Translations under genes and position numbers: made by a program | Shown: positions 20,101 to 25,700 of the stretch, one piece after another | Position numbering within the stretch: position 1 is the first letter of the stretch | Layout: every line of letters begins with the position of its first letter | The notes under the pieces: model-generated | Database searches by the model: none | The model's input: the letters and a program-made list of their open reading frames with translations, nothing else | Told to the model about the DNA's origin: nothing | NCBI GenBank assembly: GCA_965200765.1 | Contig: OZ241380.1 | Span: forward strand, 1,170,417-1,234,416 | Reading direction: 5' to 3' | DNA from: Arenicellales bacterium | GTDB lineage: Bacteria; Pseudomonadota; Gammaproteobacteria; Arenicellales; JAJDZL01 | Length of the DNA stretch: 64,000 nucleotides

Positions 20101-22125
20101 GGCACGGCGACTTCGGGGACCGACTACGAGACCCTTGCCGGCGGCACGCTGAGGTTTGCCGCCGGGGAGACCAGCAAGACGATTGCGGTGTCGGTGACCG
20201 GCGACGCGGAGTTCGAGCCGGACGAGACGGTGGTGATCGCATTGAGCAATGCGACGTCGGACGCGAGCATTGCGACGGCCAGCGGCACCGGAACCATCGC
20301 GAACGATGACGACACGCCGGTCTTTTCGATCGACTCGCCGAGCGTGGAGGAGGGCGACGCCGATTCGGTCAATCTCACCTTCACGGTGACGCTGACTCCG
20401 GCGAGCTTCGAGCAGGCGACAGTGAACTATGCGGATACCGGCACCGGCACCGCGGAAGCGGGCGAAGACTACAGGTCGATCGCCGGCGGCACGCTGACGT
20501 TCGCCGCCGGGGAGACCAGCAAGACGATTGATGTGTCCGTGCTCGGCGATGTTCTGTCGGAGCAGGACGAGACGATCGTGCTGATGCTCAGCGACCCGAA
20601 CCCGTCGTACACCATAGAGGAGGCCCGCGGCACAGGGACTATCACTGACAATGATGCGTCGGTGCTGGACGAGGTGGACACGGAGATTGTGGCGGAAGTG
20701 GCGCGCGAGGTTACCACGAGCGTGGTGACGGCGGTCGGCAACCGGATTGCTTCAGTGGTTGGCGGCGCGGCCATTGCACCGCCGATCGGCTTGCCGCCGG
20801 TCAGCGTGCCGCCCACTGGCGGATTTGCGGACGGCGGCCTGCTTTCGATACTGGAGCGTTCCGCGCGGCACAGCCGCGAGCGGGAGCGCGGCCTGGAGCG
20901 TTCGGAGATGTCGCTGTATCGTTCGCTGGACGGCGCCAGCTTCGTCTATACGCCGAGCGTTGCCGCTCTGGGTGCGAATGGTTCGGCCGACGCATCCGGC
21001 GGGACGCTTGCCGGCACCCCGACGGTGTGGGGTTCGGTTGACTATCGAAAATTGTCCGGCGGCGGTGCAGATGCGCTGCAGTGGGACGGCGAGCTGGCCT
21101 CTGTCAATATTGGCACCGACACGATGGTCGATGCCGGCGTTCTGGTGGGCCTGGCGGCCGGAGTGTCGAAAGGAAGCTTCGGCTATCAGGGCAGCGCCGG
21201 CGGCACCAGCGGCGTGGTGAAGGTGCGCGTGAAGTCATTGAATCCTTACATTGGCTGGTCGGTGTCGGATTCGGCGAGCCTGTGGGCGGCCGTTGGCTAC
21301 GGCAAGGGCAAGGTCAACTACAACGACGGTGCCACCGGAGAAGCCGCCAGCAAGATGTCGATCGCCAGTGCGGCTTTGGGCGGACGCTATCGTCTGCATT
21401 CGACTGATGGTTCATCGGACGGCCGTTTGATTCAGGTAGACCTGAAGGGAGAGGCCTGGGGTCTGCAGACCAAGGTTGACGGGGACGAGCGGCGTCCAAT
21501 GGGTTCAAAGTCCCGTGCGCACGGGGTGCGCGTTGCGGTTGAGAGGCTGCAAAACTGCGCGCTTGAATCCGGCGCTTCGCTGACGCTGTCTGGCGAAGCC
21601 GGCTTGCGCTGGGACGGCGGCGACGGCGACACTGGCACTGGCATCGAAATGGGCGGCACTGCGGACTACCACAACCCGGCAACCCGAATGAAGCTGGTGG
21701 CGACGGGCCGCGCCTTGCTGGACCATGAAAGCGAACGGAAGGAGTGGGGCGCCGGCGTGACAGCAGGGTACCGGCTGAATAGTCGAGAAACCGGACTGAC
21801 CTACCGATCTTCCCTGTCGCACGGGCAGACGGAAAGCGGAGTTGATTCTCTCTGGGACAGCCGCGTTGCCAGTCGTGCATCCGAAGATGCGGAGCCGACG
21901 ACGCGCCTGGACGCGGAGGTCGGCTATCGATTGTTTGGAGCGAGCGGTCTGCATACGCCGTACGTTGGATTCGGCGCGGAAGACAGCGGTACGCGGGACT
22001 ACCGCCTCGGCATGCGTTATGCAAGTGAATCCGAGCTGTCCTCGGGCCTGGAATTCGAGCGACGAGAAGCGAATGGCAAACAGCCTGACCACAGGGTCAT
22101 GCTGACCGGGCAGATTGACTGGTAG
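8119..22125 (+). CDS. giant Calx-beta repeat adhesin-like protein with autotransporter-type C-terminal beta-barrel (4668 aa as tracked; the homologous signal peptide begins upstream of the tracked ATG)
   Basis: A single 14,007-nt ORF. It has the end of a signal peptide (..LLVATISICMLPDANA|EG, partly 5' of 8119), a head of about 130 aa, 1 degenerate plus 35 canonical repeats of about 112 aa, a linker, and a barrel ending ..RVMLTGQIDW. Codon third positions are overwhelmingly G/C, unlike the flanking genes. All minus-strand ORFs inside it are antisense artefacts. Confidence 0.9.
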   Translation: MLPDANAEGRGFTSPSGISGTTIGEGQFDTGSVAAKFVVKDTAGFWSGWQNSYVRLLNAPSGLTIVNSRTYQNSTLGCNTGSPRECVEIDLGWSATADVSSDTTVTVQVVGNGFNAGRQFGAWFTVGTFTIKADVEELQVSTPTSSSTVTEAGSKSGFTVRLGKAPTAKVTVNVSSSDTSEGSVSPGELVFTSDDYNTTQSVTVTGVDDSIYDGNKTWNVVLNPSSTDTGYNALSNVNVGMTTTDDEAAPTFSIDSPSVTEGDSGSVNLTFTVTLSAASALQHKVNYADAGTGTATSGTDYTALAASSTLTFAAGETSKTITVQVTGDTAVEANETVVINLSNATGGAGISTASGTGTITDDDLKFSIDSPSVTEGDSGSANLVFTVTLNASVSTQHTVDFADAGTGTATSGTDYTTIPNGTLTFAANETSKTITVSVTGDTANEGNETVVISLSNATAGAGIGTASGTGTIIDNDLTFSINSPSVTEGDSGSVNLTFTVTLSASVSSPQTVDYADAGSGTATSGTDYTTIPNGTLTFAANETSKTIAVSVTGDTSNEGNETVVIELSNATTSISTARGTGTITDNDLVFSIDSPSVTEGDSSSVNLIFTVTLSASVSSTHTVVYADAGTGTATSGTDYTSISGGTLTFAANETSKTITVSVTGDTLDEGTGETVVISLSNATTGISTASGTGTITDNDPKFSINSPSVTEGDGSSVNLVFTVTLSASSTSQYTVDYADAGSGTATSGTDYTSVTGSTLTFAPGDTSKTITVSVTGDTIGEPSETVVIELSNATTGISTSSGTGTIRDNDLVFSIDSPSVTEGDSGSANLVFTVTLSVTSASQHTVDYADAGTGTAMSGTDYTSISGGTLTFAPGDTSKTVAVSVRGDTLNEGNETVVISLSNATTGISTSSGTGTIRDNDLVFSIDSPSVTEGDSNSVNLVFTVTLNASSTSPQTVDYADAGSGTATSGTDYASVTGSTLTFAANETSKTITVSVTGDTANEGNETVAITLSNASTGISTASGTGTIIDNDLTFSIDSPSVTEGDSSTVNLTFTVTLNASSTSPHTVDYADAGTGTATSGTDYTAVTANTLTFAPGVTTQTITVSVTGDTVDEGHETVAITLSNATTGISTASGTGTITDDDPKFSINSPTATEGDSSSVNLTFTVTLSASSTSPYTVDYADAGTGTATSGTDYTAVTASTLTFAAGETSKTITVSVTGDTADEGTGETVVISLSNASSGTAIATASGTGTITDNDPKFSINSPTATEGDSSSASLVFTVTLSAAGASPYTVDYAQTGGTATSGTDYAAVAADTLTFAAGTTSQTITVPVTGDTLDESNETVVLTLSNASSGTAISTATGTGTITDDDPKFSIDSPSVTEGDSGQANLIFTVTLSASSTSQLTVDYAQTGGTATSGTDYAAVTAGTLTFAASETTKTITVLATGDTADESNETVALTLSNASAGTGIATSTGTGTIRDDDPKFSINSPSVTEGDSGQASLTFTVTLSASSTSQLTVDYAQTGGTATSGTDYTAVAGSTLTFPANSTTQTITVLVTGDTADESNETVVLTLSNASAGTGIATSTGTGTIRDDDPKFSINSPSVTEGDSGQASLTFTVTLSASSTSQLTVDYAQTGGTATSGTDYAAVTADTLTFAPGTTTRTVAVSVTGDTLDESNETVVLTLSNATAGTGISTATGTGTITDDDPKFSIDSPSVTEGDSSPVNLVFTVTLSASSTTQLTVDYAQTGGTATSGTDYTAVAASTLTFAPGDTSQTITVSVTGDTTGEGNETVEITLSNASAGTGIATATGTGTIRDNDLAFSIDSPSVTEGDSNSASLVFTVTLSASSTSQHTVDYADAGSGTATSGTDYASIAGSTLTFAAGETSKTFTVSVTGDTLNEGNETIVISLSNATTGIATASGTGTIVDNDLVFSIDSPSVAEGDSSSVTMTFTVTLSASASSPHTVDYADAGSGTATSGTDYTAIAGGTLTFAAGVTSRTITVSVTGDTAIEGNETIVISLSNATTGIATASGTGTIRDDDLVFSIDSPSVTEGDSGSASLVFTVSLSTASASPHTVDYADAGSGTASSGTDYTAVAAGTLTFAANETSRTITVSVRGDTLNEGNETVVLTLSNASAGTAIATASGTGTIRDDDLVFSIDSPSVTEGDSGSVNLTFTVTLNASASSTQTVDYADAGTGTATSGTDYTAVAGGTLTFAAGTTSQTIAVSVTGDTTQEGNETVVLELSNATTGISTASGTGTITDNDLVFSIDSPSAAEGDSGSANLTFTVTLSASASSTHTVDYAQTGGTATSGTDYTAVAGGTLTFAAGVTTQTIAVSVTGDTADEGNETVVIMLSNASTGISTASGTGTITDDDPKFSINSPSVAEGDSSTANLEFTVTLSGTRSSSSPLSVDYASSDGTATAGTDYTAVSGTLTFASGVTSRTVAVSVTGDTTDESNETVVLTLSNASAGTGISTATGTGTIRDDDPNFSINSPSVVEGDSGPVNLVFTVTLSASASSPYTVDYADAGTGTATSGTDYTAVTGSTLTFAAGETSKTITVSVTGDTVDESNETVAITLSNASSGTAISTATGTGTIRDDDPKFSINSPSVTEGDSSSVNLVFTVTLSASSTSQLTVDYAQTGGTATSGTDYAAVTAGTLTFTPGTTTRTIAVSVTGDTADESNETVVLTLSNATAGAGISTATGTGTIMDDDPKFSIGNASVAEGDSGSANLVFTVTLSASSTSQLTVDYAQTGGTATSGTDYTAVAAGTLTFPANSTTRTITVLATGDMLDEANETVVLTLSNATSGAGISTATGTGTIRDDDPKFSINSPTATEADSNSVNLVFTVTLSASSSSQLTVDYAQTGGTATSGTDYAAVAAGTLTFAAGTTSRTITVSVTGDTANEVNETVIITLSNATSGAGIGTAVGTGTITDNDTPGFSINSPSVAEGDSSTTNLVFTVTLSPAPATAATVNWAEGTGGTATSGTDYTAIAGGTLTFSAGTATRTITVSVTGDTTHEADETVVITLSNASTGTNISTASGTGTITNDDSGLSIDSPSVTEGDSGSANLVFTVTLSPASSSQVTVNYARTGGTATSGTDFTALAASTTLTFAANETSKTIAVSVTGDTINEANETVIVTLSSASGADIVTASGTGTITDDDTPSFSINSPSVVEGDSSTANLEFTVTLSPASYQATTVDYATATAGTATAGTDFTAISATTLTFAAGDTSKTFMVSVTGDTTDEGAGETVVAALSDATGNAEIGTSSGTGTITDDDPKFSIGNASATEGDSGSVNMTFTVTLNSAGNSQYTVDYASTDGTATAGTDYTAVSGTLTFAAGTTSRTLTVSVTGDAANEANETLTVTLSNPSVGTAIATATGTGTITDNDTPGFSIDSPSVAEGDSSTTSLTFTVTLSPAPATQATVNWAEGTGGTATSGTDYTAITGGTLTFSAGTATQTITVSVTGDTSHEADETVVLTLSNASSGTNITTATGTGTITNDDPGLSIDSPTVTEGDSGSVDLVFTVTMSPASSSQVTVNYARSGGTATSGTDFTALAASNTLTFAANETSKTITVSVTGDTVNEPDETVIVTLSSASGADIVTASGTGTITDNDTPNFSIDSPSVAEGDSSTTNLTFTVTLSPASYQPVTVDYAQTGGTATSGTDYTAVAAGMLSFAAGATSQTITVSVTGDTMYEASETVVLTLSNASSGTNIAAATGTGTIANDDQGLLIDSPSVVEGDSGTVNLAFTVTLEPAAATQVTVNYADAGGGTATSGTDYAAVGGTLTFSAGETSKTIAVSVTGDTADEPDETVVIALSNASGASIVTARGTGTIVDNDVPGFSIDSTSAAEGDDEASSLTFTVTLSPASYRQVSVNYADAGTGTATSGSDYAAFGGTLTFSAGETSKTIAVSVTDDALDEPDETVVVVLSHASSGTSIATASGTGTITDNDIPGFSIDSPSVVEGDSGSTVLTFTVSLNPASHQPATVHYADAGTGTATSGTDYETLAGGTLRFAAGETSKTIAVSVTGDAEFEPDETVVIALSNATSDASIATASGTGTIANDDDTPVFSIDSPSVEEGDADSVNLTFTVTLTPASFEQATVNYADTGTGTAEAGEDYRSIAGGTLTFAAGETSKTIDVSVLGDVLSEQDETIVLMLSDPNPSYTIEEARGTGTITDNDASVLDEVDTEIVAEVAREVTTSVVTAVGNRIASVVGGAAIAPPIGLPPVSVPPTGGFADGGLLSILERSARHSRERERGLERSEMSLYRSLDGASFVYTPSVAALGANGSADASGGTLAGTPTVWGSVDYRKLSGGGADALQWDGELASVNIGTDTMVDAGVLVGLAAGVSKGSFGYQGSAGGTSGVVKVRVKSLNPYIGWSVSDSASLWAAVGYGKGKVNYNDGATGEAASKMSIASAALGGRYRLHSTDGSSDGRLIQVDLKGEAWGLQTKVDGDERRPMGSKSRAHGVRVAVERLQNCALESGASLTLSGEAGLRWDGGDGDTGTGIEMGGTADYHNPATRMKLVATGRALLDHESERKEWGAGVTAGYRLNSRETGLTYRSSLSHGQTESGVDSLWDSRVASRASEDAEPTTRLDAEVGYRLFGASGLHTPYVGFGAEDSGTRDYRLGMRYASESELSSGLEFERREANGKQPDHRVMLTGQIDW
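8872..20655 (+). repeat. array of 35 tandem Calx-beta-type coding repeats (333-345 bp each)
   Basis: Each unit follows FSI[DN]SPSVTEGDSGS.NL.FTVTLS......TVDYA..G.GTATSGTDY.....TLTF..GETSKTI.VSVTGDT..E.NETVV..LSNA......A.GTGTI.D[ND]D. I counted this directly from the translation (35 occurrences of the [FL][SLT]I..[PAT]S..E[GA]D start). It matches the Calx-beta consensus (V.EG.G...V.R....TV.Y.T.DGTA.AG.DY....L.F..GE..K.I.V.I.DD..E..E.F.V.L). Confidence 0.9.
21022..22122 (+). other. autotransporter-type outer-membrane beta-barrel domain of giant protein 1
   Basis: TVWGSVDYRKLSGGG...WDGELASVNIGTDTMVDAGVLVGLAAGVSKGSFGY...LNPYIGWSVSDSASLWAAVGYGKGKVNY...AALGGRYRL... resembles the translocator pattern of classical autotransporters ('W.r.yg......g...y....g.q.G.d.....l.lG...gy'). 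The last strand alternates hydrophobic residues (V-x-L-x-G-x-I-x-W) and ends in an aromatic residue. Confidence 0.7.
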
Positions 22126-22428
22126 GCAGGAAAGAATCAACGCAGAGATATCCAGCGCTTTTGCCGGCAATTTCCGTATACCGCGCACAGCTGTGCAACT
22201 CGCATGTCCAGCACCTGTAGCAAAACTCTATGATCGCACTGGGAGCATGCGTGCAAACGACGGTGCTTCAGTTGCCAGAACTTGTCGTGACCGCACTTGG
22301 GGCGGATGAATCCGTATTTCCAGCGACTCCGGTTCAACTCTTCCAGACAAGCCGGCCGAGTTGAATACCTCTGTGTCCATTCAAAAATTGCCAGAATTCT
22401 GCTGGATTTGAAATTTGCTCGCCAGCAT
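22126..22428 (-). pseudogene. IS1595-family transposase N-terminal fragment, copy 2 (frameshifted)
   Basis: Reverse ATG at 22428 gives MLASKFQIQQNSGNF*. After a frameshift it continues as ..RPKCGHDKFWQLKHRRLHACSQC.. (track ORF 22137..22337). It is homologous to 7284..7649. Confidence 0.6.
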
Positions 22429-22536
22429 TCTCAATCAGGTTGTCAACGTTGCATCACAGTACAAGCCTTTACAATAGGTTGAGGCATGCAGTCCAATTTG
22501 GTGTAGCAAATGGAATATGTCAATCCTGGACGAACG

Positions 22537-22563
22537 TTCATAGTGAATTGATTTCACTATGAA
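22537..22563. promoter_or_regulatory. perfect palindrome, copy 2 (TTCATAGTGAA-ttgat-TTCACTATGAA, then T5)
   Basis: Identical to 7751-7777. Confidence 0.6.
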
Positions 22564-22573
22564 TTTTTGATTA

Positions 22574-22584
22574 GGGGGGGGGGG
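22574..22584 (+). repeat. homopolymeric G11 tract, promoter-proximal, copy 2
   Basis: 11 G. The sequence between TTGATT and the tract is 2 nt shorter here than in copy 1 ('a' versus 'gat'). Confidence 0.8.
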
Positions 22585-22734
22585 TGAAATTCATTCAATC
22601 AAGAATCAATTCTGGTTGCTTGAATGGTTTATAATAATCAATGATTCATTGGTCATTTGAAGCTGGGGTAGTTTCAGTATTTTGTTGCAAAAATATTTTC
22701 AGGTACAAGTTGATGAAATTGATGTTGAAGCTGA

Positions 22735-25700
22735 TTGAACCAATTGCTTGGCTTTGCAGTCGAAAGAGATTTGTTGCATTGGCACATAAAAATAGCGAGG
22801 GGGGGGGGGGGCAAGAATACTTGTATATTCGAAAGCTCTGTTCGCCAGTTTGCGCTTGCCCGGTACATTGCCAGTTCGCTGCTGGTATTGACAATATCAG
22901 TATGCATGCTGTCTGATGCTGATGCGGTTAATCTTGGCTTTAAAAGTCCGTATAGTGGAAATAGTATTTTTGCAGACCAATTAGCCGGCGGCGCGACGTT
23001 TGAGATTCGCGATAATTCACACGGGTTTGACACCCCGAATCTTAATAATTATCGGCTCCAAAATGCTCCCTCTGGCCTCTCAATTTCTAGTGTGACTGTC
23101 GACGCTAGTGACGATGCTCACTTGACTATGAGCTGGACTGGCACCAGCAGAACTGTCGCGATGGATACATTAGTTGCCATTCAAGTCCACAGGAATGGGT
23201 TTATTAGTGGATCAAGCTTAGCCGCTGGCTGGCATGACAGAGGCTCCTTCACAATCAACCCGACGCCCAAGGGGCTTGTCACAAGCACCCCTACCAACAG
23301 CAGCACGGTCACGGAGGCAGGCACCCAGTCGACGTTCACAGTGAGGCTAAGGGCGGCACCGTCGGCCAATGTGACAGTCGCTGTTTCCAGCGGCGACACA
23401 ACCGAGGGCAGTGTGTCGCCGAACACGCTAACCTTCACGACCCAGAACTACGGCACTGCGCAGACGGTGACAGTAACGGGTGCCGATGATAATATACAGG
23501 ACGGCAGCGTGAGCTGGAATGTGGTGCTCAATCCGGCCTCAAGTGGGGACAGCACGTACAACGGCTTGTCCAACGTGAATGTGGCAATGACCACCAGCGA
23601 CGACGAAGGTTCGCCCGCCTTTTCGATCGGTAGTGCGAGCGTGACGGAGGGCGACAGCGGCTCTGCGAACTTGACATTCACGGTTTCGATGAGTCCGGAG
23701 AGCACGTCGCAGTATACGGTGAACTACGCACAGACGGGCGGCACGGCGACTTCGGGGACCGACTACACGGCGGTTACCAGTAGCACGCTTACGTTTGCGG
23801 CGGGGGTGACGACCCAGACAATTACGGTGTCGGTGACGGGGGACGCGGTGGCCGAGGGGAACGAAACGGTGGTGCTCACGCTGAGCAGTGCGTCGACGGG
23901 TTCGACCATCTCGACGGCGACCGGCACTGGCACGATTGTGGACAACGACCTGACATTTTCGATCAATTCGCCGAGCGTGGTCGAGGGCGACAGCAGCTCG
24001 GTGAACCTGGTGTTCACGGTGACACTGAGTGCGTCGAGCACGTCGCAGCATACGGTCGACTACGCGCAGACGGGCGGCACAGCGACTTCGGGGACCGACT
24101 ACACGGCGGTTACTGCCAATACGCTGACGTTTACTGCGGGAACCACGACCCAGACGATCACGGTGTCGGTGACGGGAGACACGGTGGATGAAGCGGACGA
24201 GACGGTGGTGTTCACTTTGAGCAATGCGACGACCGGCATTTCGACAGGAAGCAGCATCGTTACGACGGCGAGCGGCACCGGCACGATAAGGGACGACGAT
24301 CCGAAATTTTCGATCGACTCGCCTACGGTGACGGAAGGCAACAGCAGCTCTGTCAATCTGGTATTCACGGTGACGCTGAGCGCTTCGAGCACGTCGCAGC
24401 TCACGGTCGACTACGCCAGTTCGGACGGCACGGCGACTGCGGGCGCCGACTACACGGCGGTCTCCGGGACACTGACGTTTGCGGCGGGGACCACGAGCCG
24501 TACATTTACAGTTTCGGTGACGGGGGACACGGCGAACGAGGCGAACGAGACATTGACGGTCACGCTGAGCAATCCGTCGGCAGGCACGGGGATTATGACG
24601 GCGACTGGCACCGGCACCATTACGGACAACGACACGCCCGGCTTTTCGATCAACTCGCCGAGCGTGGCGGAAGGCGACAGCAGCACAACGAGCCTGACGT
24701 TCACAGTTTCGCTGAATCCGGCGCCAGCAGCTGCGGCGACGGTGAACTGGGCCGTTACGGGTGGTACGGCGACGTCGGGGACTGACTTCACAGCCACTTC
24801 GGGCGGCATGCTGTCGTTTGCTGCGACTGAAACCAGCAAGACATTTACAGTGACGGTGACCGGCGACACGACGCATGAGGCGGACGAGACTGTAGTGGTC
24901 ACACTGAGCAGTGCGTCAACGGGCACGAACATTGCGACGGCGACCGGCACGGGCACGATCACCAACGATGATCCGGGTCTTTCGATCGACTCGCCGAGCG
25001 TGACGGAAGGCGACAGTGACTCGGTGAACCTAGTGTTCACGGTGACGATGAGTCCGTCATCATCGTCTCAGGTGACGGTGAACTACGCCCGTTCCGGCGG
25101 CACGGCGACCTCGGGCACCGATTTCACGGCGCTTGCCGCCAGCACCACGCTGACGTTTGCGGCGAACGAGACGAGCAAGACGATCACAGTGTCGGTGACG
25201 GGCGATACGGCGAACGAGGCGGACGAGACGGTGATCATCACGCTGAGCAGCGCTTCGGGTGCAGACATCGTGACAGCAAGCGGCACGGGCACGATCACGG
25301 ACAACGACACGCCGAACTTTACGATCGACTCGCCGAGCGTGGTCGAGGGCGACAGCGGTTCGGTGAATCTGGAGTTCACAGTGACACTGAGTCCGGCCAG
25401 CTACCAGCCGGTGACGGTGGACTACGCCCAGACCGGCGGCACGGCGACGTCGGGGACTGATTACACGGCGCTTGCCGCCGGCATGCTGTCATTTGCGGCG
25501 GGCGACACGAGCAAGACGATCACGGTATCGGTGACGGGCGACACGGTGTACGAGGCGAGCGAGACGGTGGTACTGACGCTGAGCAACGCAACGGCGGGCA
25601 CGAATATTGCGACGGCGAGCGGCACCGGCACGATCACCAACGATGATCCGGGCCTTTCGATAGACTCGCCGAGTGTGGTGGAGGGCGACAGCGGCGCGGT

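Larger units (their letters stand above)
22235..22905 (+). repeat. conserved 5' control/leader module of giant gene 2 (paralogous to 7451..8118)
   Basis: See 7451..8118. The order of elements is the same. Confidence 0.85.
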
